Below are positions 10,701 through 18,803 of a DNA stretch of 32,303 nucleotides, one piece after another; within the stretch, counting starts at the first letter, position 1, and each line of letters opens with the position of its first letter. A model generated the notes under the pieces. That model searched no databases. It was not told where the DNA came from and saw only the letters and a program-made list of their open reading frames with translations. Source of the DNA: a bacterium (GTDB lineage: Bacteria > CLD3 > SB21); assembly GCA_019695335.1 (NCBI GenBank), contig JAIBAF010000042.1:1-32303 (forward strand), read 5' to 3'. Position numbers and translations under genes: made by a program.

Positions 10701-11902
10701 TTGCTCAACAACGTATTCGGATCCGTGCCGATGCCGTCGGCGGTCACACGCCCGTTGAGATTGGCAAACAAATCTTTTTGATTGAGAAATGCTCCCAGAT
10801 TGATACCGTTGAATACCAGATCGGTTTTATAGCCCAGTGGACCTTCGCCATAATCTACACCTGCATAACCATTCAGATTACCGGCAGGCGTCGTCAAGCG
10901 AAGATTGGTCAGTAAAACGCCTTCATCGTCCCCGCGCGCATGCGTTTCCAATTCAATTTTGTCAATATCGTTCATTCCTACATCCGCAAAAACCCTCGCA
11001 TCACTCAGATGAAAAGGATAGGCCCGTACATCGACATCGTACATCAGATGAATATCTTTGAGGCTATCCGGCAATACCAATTCCCCGCGAACAAAAAAAT
11101 CCGTTCTATCAGTCACTAAACGCATTTCATCGATTTTTAGCGTCAGTGAATCACGCCGTTCCGGAAATCGCGCTTGTTCCGCCAACGAGGGCTGAAAAAT
11201 ATTTGCTTGTGCCAGGAGTGAGAAATTTTTGACGCGTAGCGTATCGAACAGAGTCTTTCCCGATATAGTTTTCGGGTGAATCGCGTTGAAACTAAACCGG
11301 CTGATGGAAAGATTTTGATGGGCTCCGTTCGCCTGAGCTTTTACATCGAGTTGTAGTTGTGTTACGCGCGTTTTGAACGCACCCATATCAATTTCTACAT
11401 CGCCGTCTTCTATCGCTAATTGATCCAACACGATATTCATGCCCCCTAACGGTTTTGCGGTCGAATCAATCGGTTTCGGCGGCTTTGGGGCAGAAGGTTT
11501 GGCAATACGGCTGAAATTGAGAACGCCGGAGGAATCCGCGCTCATGAAAATTTTAGGACGAATCAGCCGGACCTCTTTTATCAGGACTTCATTGTCAATC
11601 AACGTCAGTGCATTGTAATTCAGGCTTAACGACTCAAATTCTACGATCGATGTATCACCAAACGCCAGTCGGCCTTTTTTTAAAATTAATGACGTGAAAA
11701 AATTGCCGTCGATTTCTTCGAGTGACAACGTCGCATTGAGTTCATCATTGACGATACCGACCACTTGCGTTTTTAAAACACTTTTACCGATCGGCGTCTC
11801 TAAAAAAATGAAACCGCCGGCCAACAGTATCACGACGGAAAGAAATGTGTACAAAACAAAACGGAAAATAAATTGCAAAAATTGTCGCAAATTTTTCTTC
11901 AC
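7715..11902 (-). CDS. tamB: TamB/AsmA-like translocation-and-assembly-module protein (1395 aa)
   Basis: It has a single N-terminal TM ('FLSVVILLAGGFIFL') followed by a very long β-rich periplasmic region and a DUF490-like C-terminus. Size and architecture match TamB. The family assignment is by architecture, not strict motif. Confidence 0.65.
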   Translation of the reverse strand: MKKNLRQFLQFIFRFVLYTFLSVVILLAGGFIFLETPIGKSVLKTQVVGIVNDELNATLSLEEIDGNFFTSLILKKGRLAFGDTSIVEFESLSLNYNALTLIDNEVLIKEVRLIRPKIFMSADSSGVLNFSRIAKPSAPKPPKPIDSTAKPLGGMNIVLDQLAIEDGDVEIDMGAFKTRVTQLQLDVKAQANGAHQNLSISRFSFNAIHPKTISGKTLFDTLRVKNFSLLAQANIFQPSLAEQARFPERRDSLTLKIDEMRLVTDRTDFFVRGELVLPDSLKDIHLMYDVDVRAYPFHLSDARVFADVGMNDIDKIELETHARGDDEGVLLTNLRLTTPAGNLNGYAGVDYGEGPLGYKTDLVFNGINLGAFLNQKDLFANLNGRVTADGIGTDPNTLLSNVQFSLFKSRFFAIDIDSFNVDANVKEGEAKLTRFKGRTSAGDFDCEGYYKLLTEEYHLETKFRHINIADLVGDTALQSSINLNLAYDGKGLNPKTSNGQLSVHSESSMIMNRRLENLVVRGSQSNGQIHLDNLKVVTPLASIEANGALGLDSTVNMNYKIKTLDFSLLKKYIGSDSLFKDTLGLDLAFEGNVIGNYDNLQTSGAMTLTNFIFSTIKLDSLSFNYAFYNIVPREIIANPDFKRIDNTVYGDIFLFTRRADINGTVINDFTTSITKERDRTSFEISGLQDTLDAYANIKGSLFMHSEKKGDLQLENLYLRISGKNLKTRERSIALGEDPVIDTTYEKWTEKWQNNKPIDLTFDLDKNVYDIRSFSMDIGDGFISLFGNIDIAGDQNLDVKIKDLNLSRANALIGSNQSVVEGLLNLNASIKGSFEKPIMILDWNITNGKASEFVYNNFLGNMQYLNRKVQFNMSLNQNADKTLTVGGYLPVDLSFKDVEQRFTTRPINCKIHSEGIDLRFLQAFFGKALTLNRGDLKIDMKISGNKEKPVVEGEMKIEDGVMTFPKNTIGQTFRNMRMFVRVTPENIFLDTMSVQAGKDSRSLLLANGEVSLADLMKNFDFNKIDNVGYKLNLAFNDFVPVNTKSETTYLHTAKITGAMTVSAQSLAFTTVKGDLQIRNSEIWVVDPTKAKIVTDVNASKSTKKDKEVKEVNYYKNLDMDLNVSLPENTDNNVRSAEMLLGLQGDINVTKPPGSEDFFITGDVNTKKGGKYAYLNAAFTIDQGNVKFTGEPGLNPELDIVAVKRFEYRTDDGESIPAEAQIKVTGKLLRPVIAIIAVERGTDSPLDGLTEPADILSYLVLGVKTSDLAKLGKEQAGDFAKQVAINQLLNAVANQAGLQKLEYQAGTSGQGSSIAVAKRISESVSVSFEGGFDATSARNITLELVADSVVNNIPVLRKILGPSWKKTLEFEYKKPAQGQSTQQEDIINVIFYFRKEY

Positions 11903-11993
11903 TGAAAAGCCTTTGGAATCAAGTTAGGGTCGCGCGTGCATAATACTCAATTTAACCCTATATTTCAATCATTAAATACATGTAACCCCGTGA

Positions 11994-12008
11994 TTTTTCG
12001 ACGAAAAA
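11994..12008. promoter_or_regulatory. Perfect 15-bp palindrome TTTTTCG-A-CGAAAAA in the tamB/pyrD divergent intergenic region
   Basis: Read directly from the sequence. It lies 61 bp upstream of the pyrD ATG and is a candidate operator for a dimeric regulator. Confidence 0.3.
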
Positions 12009-12068
12009 CGCTTGAAAATCTGTCATTTATTTCTAATTTAATCCGGCAATTTTTTAAGGAAGTTTTTA

Positions 12069-13163
12069 ATGATTTATCGATCTTTGATTCGTCCGGTTTT
12101 ATTTCAATTCGATTCGGAAACTGTTCACGATTTTGTGGTCCGGCGAATCCTTTCACATGATCAATTTATCCGAATGGTAAGTCCTTTTTTTACTTACCGG
12201 CATCCGTCTCTTGAACAAAAAATCTTCGATTTAACTTTTCCGAATCCGGTTGGGCTGGCGGCAGGATTTGACAAAATGGCGTCGGGCATTCCGGTGTGGC
12301 CGGCGTTGGGATTTGGCTTTTCAGAAATCGGCACCGTGACCGGGCAGGCACAACCGGGAAACGATAAGCCGCGCCTGTTTCGCCTCAAAAAGGATTATGC
12401 GTTAATCAACCGCTTCGGTTTCAATAATACCGGAGCATTAAAAATGGCGGAAACTCTACAGCGCTGGCATAAAAAAAAATTTCTCCACACAATCCCCCTT
12501 GGAATCAATATCGGCAAAACTAAAGTCGTCGAACTGGACAAAGCGTACGAAGATTATTTATTTTCATTCAAAACTTTGTGGCCCTATGCCGATTATTTTG
12601 TCGTCAATGTCAGTTCGCCGAACACGCCCGATCTTCGGCAATTGCAGGATAAATCTTTCCTGACGGAAATCCTAAGAACATTAACCGCAACAAATTTAGA
12701 GTTATCACGCTCCTCGAAACCCAAACCTATTTTTGTCAAAATTGCACCGGATTTGTCATTCGAACAAATCGATGAGGTTTTAGACGTTGTTCAGCAATAC
12801 AAAATTAACGGTATCATTGCAACGAATACAACGATCACGCGTGAGAATCTTATTTCCAGTAACGAATTGAAAAACGAACAAGGCGGGCTGAGTGGCAAAC
12901 CATTGAAAATGAAATCCACAGAAATTATCCGTCATATCTATAAAGCTACCCGAGGACAAATAATCATTATCGGCGTCGGGGGAATTTTCACAGCCGTCAA
13001 TGCCTACGAAAAGATCAAAGCCGGAGCTTCACTGGTGCAACTTTACACAGGATTTATTTATGAAGGCCCTTCGATCTGTAAGAAAATTAATCGGGAATTA
13101 GTGCGATTACTTGAGAGAGATGGAATTCGTAACGTAGCTGAAGCGGTGGGAAATGATGTGTAG
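12069..13163 (+). CDS. pyrD: Dihydroorotate dehydrogenase (quinone), class 2
   Basis: RBS AGGAAG upstream. Motifs 'GLAAGFDK', 'GFGFSEIGTVT', 'NVSSPNTP', 'GGLSGKPL' and 'IIGVGGI' are present. The length and N-terminal extension fit a class 2 membrane-associated DHODH. Confidence 0.9.
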   Translation: MIYRSLIRPVLFQFDSETVHDFVVRRILSHDQFIRMVSPFFTYRHPSLEQKIFDLTFPNPVGLAAGFDKMASGIPVWPALGFGFSEIGTVTGQAQPGNDKPRLFRLKKDYALINRFGFNNTGALKMAETLQRWHKKKFLHTIPLGINIGKTKVVELDKAYEDYLFSFKTLWPYADYFVVNVSSPNTPDLRQLQDKSFLTEILRTLTATNLELSRSSKPKPIFVKIAPDLSFEQIDEVLDVVQQYKINGIIATNTTITRENLISSNELKNEQGGLSGKPLKMKSTEIIRHIYKATRGQIIIIGVGGIFTAVNAYEKIKAGASLVQLYTGFIYEGPSICKKINRELVRLLERDGIRNVAEAVGNDV

Positions 13164-13289
13164 CAAATTTCTTGTCGTTACGGTGTGCCGAAATATACAG
13201 CATACGGATAACCACCGATCAGACGAATTTTCATGGAAATTTAAATCGGCGTGAATCAGTATCATCCGCGTCATCAGTGTGCCATGAAA

Positions 13290-13991
13290 TTAAAAACTCA
13301 TCGTTTCTTTGAATTTCTGAGCCTGCCGACGAGACATTTTGATTTCAAAACCACCTTTGAGATGAACTAAAAGACCGCTGTCAAACCACGGGTCGATTTT
13401 TTCTATCCATTGCAGGTTAATAATATGCTGGCGGCTCGCGCGGAAAAAGACTTTCGGATCGATCCGCTGCTCCAATTGATTGAGCGATCGCAATATCAGC
13501 GGCTTGAAGTCATCAAAATACAATCGCGTATAATTACCTTCCGATTCCATCAGCCGGATAGTTTTTAACTTTACAAACCAGCATCGTTCGTCTTCCCTGA
13601 CAAACACTTTATCTTCTTCGGATAGTAGTCCGGTGCTTTGGGATTGCTCTTCGGGTAATTTACGAAGCGCTTCTTCAAGACGTTTGGGATCGATCGGTTT
13701 GAGTAAATAATCCAGAGCGTTCACTTCAAACGCGCGAATCGCAAAATGATCGTACGCCGTCGTAAAAATCACATGCGGCAAGTCATCCAATTGACTCAGC
13801 AGATCAAAACCATTTTGTCCCGGCATTTGAATATCGAGAAATAACAAATCGGGATGATGCAGGCGAATTTTCATCAAGGCTTCGTCTGCGTTGCGCGCTT
13901 CGTCGATTATTTGGATTTCGCTATGCGGCTGAAGCAGGCGCTTCAATTCCTCGCGCGCGAGACGCTCGTCGTCAATAATCAAAGCATTCAT
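13290..13991 (-). CDS. LytTR-family response regulator (REC + LytTR DNA-binding domain)
   Basis: 'MNALIIDDE...LLFLDIQMPGQNGFDL' is a REC domain, and the C-terminal domain is LytTR ('...FFRASRQHIINLQWIEKI'). The likely ATG start at about 13991 overlaps the histidine kinase stop at 13988. The ORF tool's start at 14021 is an alternative-start extension. Confidence 0.85.
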   Translation of the reverse strand: MNALIIDDERLAREELKRLLQPHSEIQIIDEARNADEALMKIRLHHPDLLFLDIQMPGQNGFDLLSQLDDLPHVIFTTAYDHFAIRAFEVNALDYLLKPIDPKRLEEALRKLPEEQSQSTGLLSEEDKVFVREDERCWFVKLKTIRLMESEGNYTRLYFDDFKPLILRSLNQLEQRIDPKVFFRASRQHIINLQWIEKIDPWFDSGLLVHLKGGFEIKMSRRQAQKFKETMSF

Positions 13992-15022
13992 GCATTCACC
14001 GGTATTTGAATTTCCGCACACACTGTGTTGATATTGTGTTGTTGTAATGAAAAAACGGCTGTTTCGCCGAACATGAGCCGCAATCGTCCGCGAATATTTT
14101 CCACGCCGATCTTGGTCGAGTCGGATTCGCCATTGAGCCGGCCGGAATTCGTCACGCGTACGATCAGTTGATGGTTGTTCACGGAACTTTCAATCCGTAT
14201 TTCGCCGCCTTTTGGATCGTGGCTGACGCCGTGTTTAATTGCATTTTCGATCAACGGCTGGAGTAACATGGACGGCATTTTCAATGATTCCGACTTAGGA
14301 TCAATATTCCATTCGACGCGTAAACGCTCTTCAAATCGTAAGCTCTCCAATGCAAGATAGTCTCTCACGGTTTGTAATTCCTCAGCAAAGGTTGCACTGC
14401 GATCGTTCTGCGATTGTAATGTATAACGCAACATGTTGGCCAGATGCGTGATCGCATCCTGAGCCTTTGCCGGATTCTCAACGGTCAGGGCGCGAATGCT
14501 GTTGAGCGCATTGAATAAAAAATGCGGATTGAGTTGTGCTTTGAGTAACGATAATTCCGCTTCGCGCTTCGCGGCTTGCAGTTGCACATTCTGGAGTGCA
14601 GATTGTTGGTAATTTCTAAAATAATGAATTCCAAAATACAACAACATCCAAAGAAATACCATGAAACTGAAATTAAAGGTCGTGACGAGAGAATAGCCAA
14701 GTGTAATGTCCGACCATGTATAGAGCCCGATGACAAAGACCGAAACTACGGTCGCGCTCCATTTCATCACCAATCCGCAGATAAAACTCAACAGCAGTAT
14801 CCGCGGAATCAGTGAAAGAATGCGTTTCATCCGCCACTGATTCCGCCCGATCCACCAGTGTGCCGCATGCGTCACGGCGACACCGAGCACTGAAACCGTA
14901 ATGTTTGCAATAGCGGCTTTCAACGAGTATTTTCCTATGGCGGTAAACAGTACGCCGTTGATCACGGCGTACAGTCCCCAGCCGCAAACCTGACATATCC
15001 AGTATATCCATACCCGTTTCAT
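13988..15022 (-). CDS. Sensor histidine kinase, LytS/YehU-type (His_kinase PF06580-like + HATPase)
   Basis: There are 4-5 N-terminal TM helices, then 'LLKAQLNPHFLFNALNSI' (the LytS-type His box) and 'LLQPLIENAIKHG' (N-box). The ATG (MKRVW) at 15022 overlaps the stop of the upstream mini-ORF as ATGA. The tool's GTG start at 15031 is the alternative. Confidence 0.85.
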   Translation of the reverse strand: MKRVWIYWICQVCGWGLYAVINGVLFTAIGKYSLKAAIANITVSVLGVAVTHAAHWWIGRNQWRMKRILSLIPRILLLSFICGLVMKWSATVVSVFVIGLYTWSDITLGYSLVTTFNFSFMVFLWMLLYFGIHYFRNYQQSALQNVQLQAAKREAELSLLKAQLNPHFLFNALNSIRALTVENPAKAQDAITHLANMLRYTLQSQNDRSATFAEELQTVRDYLALESLRFEERLRVEWNIDPKSESLKMPSMLLQPLIENAIKHGVSHDPKGGEIRIESSVNNHQLIVRVTNSGRLNGESDSTKIGVENIRGRLRLMFGETAVFSLQQHNINTVCAEIQIPVNA

Positions 15023-15204
15023 GAACGACACCTTTTACAACGCCAATAGGTAAAGACAATCCACCCGCCGAAAAATATCACCGCAGCAACGAATCCGGCC
15101 CACCCTTTCATTGAACTTGACAATGCTGTCGCGATGCCAATCCATATTGCGGACCATGTCCCAAATTTCGAACGTGATGGGCAAGAGAGATTTAATTTCA
15201 TCAT
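15019..15204 (-). CDS. Small (61 aa) two-TM membrane protein of unknown function, translationally coupled to the histidine kinase
   Basis: Two hydrophobic helices (WSAIWIGIATALSS; GFVAAVIFFGGWIVFTYW) and a basic C-terminus 'RCKRCRS'. The ATGATG start is 10 nt downstream of the hydrolase stop. Its TGA overlaps the kinase ATG (ATGA). Membrane character and operon context support it; it is short, hence the low confidence. Confidence 0.4.
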   Translation of the reverse strand: MMKLNLSCPSRSKFGTWSAIWIGIATALSSSMKGWAGFVAAVIFFGGWIVFTYWRCKRCRS

Positions 15205-15214
15205 AATATAACCT

Positions 15215-16114
15215 TTATTTCACCGGTTTCAAGCCGGACGTGGATGAATGTTGAGTAACAAACGTTTGAACTTGTTCGCGGAACCATTCCGGTTCATCGA
15301 GCATGATAAAATGGCGCGCTTTTTCAGCCATGGTTACTTGAACGCCCGGCAGAGCTGCATATAAATTTTTAATTTTTTCGGCAGCCCATTCTTTGGTGGC
15401 GCCGAATTTCTGCATCGCGCTCCACGAGCCCAGCACCATAACGGGACAGTGAATATCCGCGATAGCTTTACGCAAATCGGTCGTCATCACTTCGTACATC
15501 GCCTCCCCGACGGTCGCAAAATCGCTGGCCAATCCCCATTCCAAAGCACGGCGGACTTGCGCCGAATCGGAGATCATCGATTGCAATACCAACGGCTGCG
15601 TTGCTTTGTATTGATCTCGCGGCTGCGTTGATACCATCTTTTTCAACATCTCTGCCTGAGGTTTCACCGATTCAATTGTTGCGTCGGGTTGTTGAAATGC
15701 GGCAAGAAACGGGTACGTGTCGACAATAATGAGCGCGCCGAGGCGATCCGGATTTTTAATAGCCAATTGCATTGCAATAAATCCGCCGAGACTGTGCCCG
15801 ATCACAATAGGATGATCCAGCTTTTGGACATACAACGACAATTCCGTTACTACATTTTCTAAGAACGGCGGCACGATCGGCGCTTCCCCGGCAAATCCGG
15901 CCAACGTCAACACATGGCATTCATATTGACTCTTGAAATGATCGACGGTCGCATCCCAGACTTCACCCGAACAAGCCAGTCCGGGAATCAAAACCATCGG
16001 CCGGCCTTTGCCGTAAATTTCAACTTTAAATGCTTTCGTCCTTACAACTTTCGGCTGATCGGACGCAAACAGATTCATGGCACACAGAGCCAATAAAAAA
16101 ATCATTTTTTTCAT
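15215..16114 (-). CDS. Secreted alpha/beta-fold hydrolase (esterase/lipase-like)
   Basis: Signal peptide 'MKKMIFLLALCAMNLFASDQ' and nucleophile elbow 'GHSLGG'. Catalytic Asp/His candidates follow at alpha/beta-hydrolase spacing. It is the first gene of the hydrolase/mini-TM/HK/RR operon. Confidence 0.8.
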   Translation of the reverse strand: MKKMIFLLALCAMNLFASDQPKVVRTKAFKVEIYGKGRPMVLIPGLACSGEVWDATVDHFKSQYECHVLTLAGFAGEAPIVPPFLENVVTELSLYVQKLDHPIVIGHSLGGFIAMQLAIKNPDRLGALIIVDTYPFLAAFQQPDATIESVKPQAEMLKKMVSTQPRDQYKATQPLVLQSMISDSAQVRRALEWGLASDFATVGEAMYEVMTTDLRKAIADIHCPVMVLGSWSAMQKFGATKEWAAEKIKNLYAALPGVQVTMAEKARHFIMLDEPEWFREQVQTFVTQHSSTSGLKPVK

Positions 16115-16146
16115 ACGTCACTCCTTGGTTTAATGACGCGATTAAA

Positions 16147-16213
16147 ATAAGCCATGGAAGCGCTTATATAGCCAAAATTGGTATGAGCGGTTGTAAGCAC
16201 GGATAAGCGGTTT
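16147..16213. promoter_or_regulatory. Cluster of TAAGC motifs (3 direct, 1 inverted) including a 10-bp-periodic triple repeat gAGCGGttgt / aAGCACGgat / aAGCGGtttt
   Basis: TAAGC at 16148-16152, 16194-16198 and 16204-16208; GCTTA at 16162-16166; AGCGGTT at 16186-16192 and 16206-16212 (20-bp spacing). It sits in the divergent region between the hydrolase/HK/RR operon and the acyl-CoA dehydrogenase. It is a candidate LytTR regulator binding site. Confidence 0.3.
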
Positions 16214-16385
16214 TTTAGTATGATTTTTTTCTTTTATTTAAGTCGAATCTTTTATAAACTTATCTGTATATGGTTCTCTGATAGCGTCTTTGAGTTCTAC
16301 ATTCACAGCAGCGGCGCACTACAATCGGCCCGGTCTCATCCGAACCATTAATCAAATCCATTCATTTCGTCCAAGCGAGGTTTAC

Positions 16386-18242
16386 ATGGCTAATGACAAA
16401 CGACACGTCAGCGAGGAAGAAGCCCGTCAGGTGGCAGAAGCTGCACGCGAAAGCAAATGGGATCGCCCGAGTTTTTTACGGGAAATTTTTCTCGGCAATT
16501 TGCGGCTCGATCTCGTTCATCCCTATCCGGATGTAAAAGGCATTGACCGTCCCGAATACCAGGAATTTTACAAAGAGTTCAAACAATTTCTTACCGAACT
16601 CGATTCGGATGCGATCGATCGTGAAGGGCAGATTCCTGTCGAAGTCCGGCATCGTCTCGCCGAGATGGGCGCATTCGGCATGAAAATCAAAAAAGCGTAC
16701 GGCGGGCTGGAATTTTCGCAGGCCGAATACAATAAAATATTGGAGATGATCTGTTCCAAAGACGGCAATGTGATCGCGCTTTTGTCCGCACACCAGTCGA
16801 TCGGCGTTCCTCAGCCGCTTTCGATGTTTGGCACTGAAGAGCAAAAGAAAAAATATTTGCCGCGGCTTGCAAAAGGCGACGTGTCCGCGTTCGCGCTGAC
16901 GGAGACGGACGCCGGCTCCGATCCGGCCAAACTTGCTACAACGGCGGTTCTAAGTGAGGACGGCCAATCGTATATACTTAGTGGTGAAAAATTATGGTGC
17001 ACCAATGGTACCATCGCCGATGTAATTGTCGTCATGGCACGTCATCCTGAAGACGGTGCGATCAGCGCGTTTATTGTCGAAACCGATTGGCCGGGCGTGA
17101 AAGTCGAACAACGTTGCCGTTTTATGGGCCTAAAAGCTTTAGAAAATGGCGTTCTCTCTTTCACCAACGTCCGTGTACCGAAAGAAAATTTACTCTGGGG
17201 TCGCGGTAAAGGACTGAAACTTGCTCTGATCACGCTTAATACAGGACGTTTAGCGCTTCCAGCAGGGGCGGCCGGAACGGCGAAGGCCTGTTTGGAAATT
17301 GTCCGCAAGTGGGGCAATGAGCGCGTGCAGTGGGGACAACCCGTCGGCAAACACGAAGCGATTGCACAAAAAATAGCCGACATGGCATCGATGACATTTG
17401 CGATGGAATCGGTCGCTTCGCTGGCTACCGCAATGGCCGATAAAGGTTATGATATTCGCCTCGAAGCGGCGGTCGCTAAAATGTACAACACCGAAGCCGG
17501 CTGGAAAATCGTGGACGACACGCTGCAAATTCGTGGCGGACGCGGATACGAAACCGCCGATTCTCTCCGGGCGCGCGGTGAAGAGCCCATTCCCGTCGAA
17601 CGTATGATGCGCGATTACCGCATTAATTTGATCTTTGAAGGTTCCAGTGAAATCATGCGCCTTTTTATTGCGCGTGAAGCCGTCGATAAACATCTCGAAG
17701 TTGCTGGCGCCATGCTCGATCCGAAAAAATCGTTCGGACAAAAACTCGCCGCATTGCCGAAAATTGCGTTGTTCTACGGAACGTGGTATCCTTCACGTTG
17801 GTTGGGATGGGCGTGGTGGCCACGGTATGCGGAATTCGGATCGCTCGCCAAACACATGCGGTTTGTCAACCGATCGACGAGAAAATTATCGCGCGAAATT
17901 TTCCACGGCATGATGCGGCATCAGGCCAAATTGGCTTATAAACAGGCCTTCCTTTTCCGCGCAGTGGATATTGGCGCCGAACTTTTTGCGATGTCCGCAA
18001 CAATGAGCCGTGCTGTTAAACTGGCCAAGCAAGGCAATAAAGATGCGCTTCAACTTGCCGATATCTTTTGCCGCAGTGCGCGCCGCCGTGTTAAAAATTC
18101 TTTCCATGCACTCTGGTCCAATGACGATGTGGCCAAATATAAATTGGCCAAAGATATTTTGAACAATCGTTATACATGGATGGAAGAAGGCATCGTAGGA
18201 ATGGAAGCATTCGAACATAAATACGAACATGAAATGGTTTGA
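16386..18242 (+). CDS. Acyl-CoA dehydrogenase family protein, long form (~618 aa) with C-terminal extension
   Basis: ATG at 16386 with GAGG RBS; the ORF tool's 16290 start is an upstream extension. The N/M/C ACAD domain motifs are present ('[11 protein letters not shown]', '[12 protein letters not shown]', '[10 protein letters not shown]...'), plus about 200 extra C-terminal residues. Confidence 0.85.
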   Translation: MANDKRHVSEEEARQVAEAARESKWDRPSFLREIFLGNLRLDLVHPYPDVKGIDRPEYQEFYKEFKQFLTELDSDAIDREGQIPVEVRHRLAEMGAFGMKIKKAYGGLEFSQAEYNKILEMICSKDGNVIALLSAHQSIGVPQPLSMFGTEEQKKKYLPRLAKGDVSAFALTETDAGSDPAKLATTAVLSEDGQSYILSGEKLWCTNGTIADVIVVMARHPEDGAISAFIVETDWPGVKVEQRCRFMGLKALENGVLSFTNVRVPKENLLWGRGKGLKLALITLNTGRLALPAGAAGTAKACLEIVRKWGNERVQWGQPVGKHEAIAQKIADMASMTFAMESVASLATAMADKGYDIRLEAAVAKMYNTEAGWKIVDDTLQIRGGRGYETADSLRARGEEPIPVERMMRDYRINLIFEGSSEIMRLFIAREAVDKHLEVAGAMLDPKKSFGQKLAALPKIALFYGTWYPSRWLGWAWWPRYAEFGSLAKHMRFVNRSTRKLSREIFHGMMRHQAKLAYKQAFLFRAVDIGAELFAMSATMSRAVKLAKQGNKDALQLADIFCRSARRRVKNSFHALWSNDDVAKYKLAKDILNNRYTWMEEGIVGMEAFEHKYEHEMV

Positions 18243-18268
18243 TTGTATTCTTAAATATTTATTATCAG

Positions 18269-18296
18269 GCACCCGCGAAAGCGGGTGTTCTTTTTT
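18269..18296 (+). terminator. Rho-independent terminator after the acyl-CoA dehydrogenase
   Basis: Stem GCACCCGC, loop GAAA, stem GCGGGTGT, followed by TTCTTTTTTCC. Confidence 0.75.
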
Positions 18297-18435
18297 CCGG
18301 CTTACAACGACTTTTTTAAAAAAGTTTGTCGATTTTTACGAGTGTCGTTCGTTTATAGGTGAATAGCCTTTTTAAAAAGGACACTTCATGCGAATGGCAA
18401 TAGTTTTATTCATTATTACAGGAGGAACATTGACG

Positions 18436-18795
18436 ATGGCTCAGGAAAAAAATGACGCTACATGGGCAAAAGTTCAGGAAAAAGTTCAGACCGGCCGGCC
18501 GTTTACGCTGGCATTGCTCAAATCAGGCCCTAAGTCCGACTTCGACAGCACAACGGCGGAACGCTTACAGAAAGAGCATTTGATACATCTTTTCCAATTA
18601 CACGATGAAGGCAAACTATTGATTTGGGGACCCTTGGTCGATGAAACGGATCTGAGAGGCATCGCTATTTTCAATACGGCCGACGCCAAAGAAGTTGAAA
18701 AATGGTTGAGTGAAGATGTGTGGATGAAAGCAGGCGGGATGATATTCGAAATTCACCCGTGGTTCAGTTTACCGGGTTTGTCGCTTCCGAAATAG
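18436..18795 (+). CDS. YciI-like family protein (ferredoxin-like fold)
   Basis: Strong SD AGGAGG lies 10 nt before the ATG at 18436 (MAQEKND). An in-frame upstream ATG at 18388 would add a hydrophobic 16-aa extension. 'LIWGPL...GIAIFNTADAKEVEKWLSEDVWMKAGGMIFEIHPW' matches the conserved YciI C-terminal pattern. Confidence 0.6.
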   Translation: MAQEKNDATWAKVQEKVQTGRPFTLALLKSGPKSDFDSTTAERLQKEHLIHLFQLHDEGKLLIWGPLVDETDLRGIAIFNTADAKEVEKWLSEDVWMKAGGMIFEIHPWFSLPGLSLPK

Positions 18796-18803
18796 ATTCT
18801 GAT

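Noticed and set aside
7979-11061. Several 60-170-aa plus-strand ORFs inside tamB (7979-8491, 8052-8363, 9170-9589, 10469-11061)
   Set aside because: They are antisense to a continuous 4.2-kb ORF whose hydrophobic N-terminus and β-rich profile support the minus frame.
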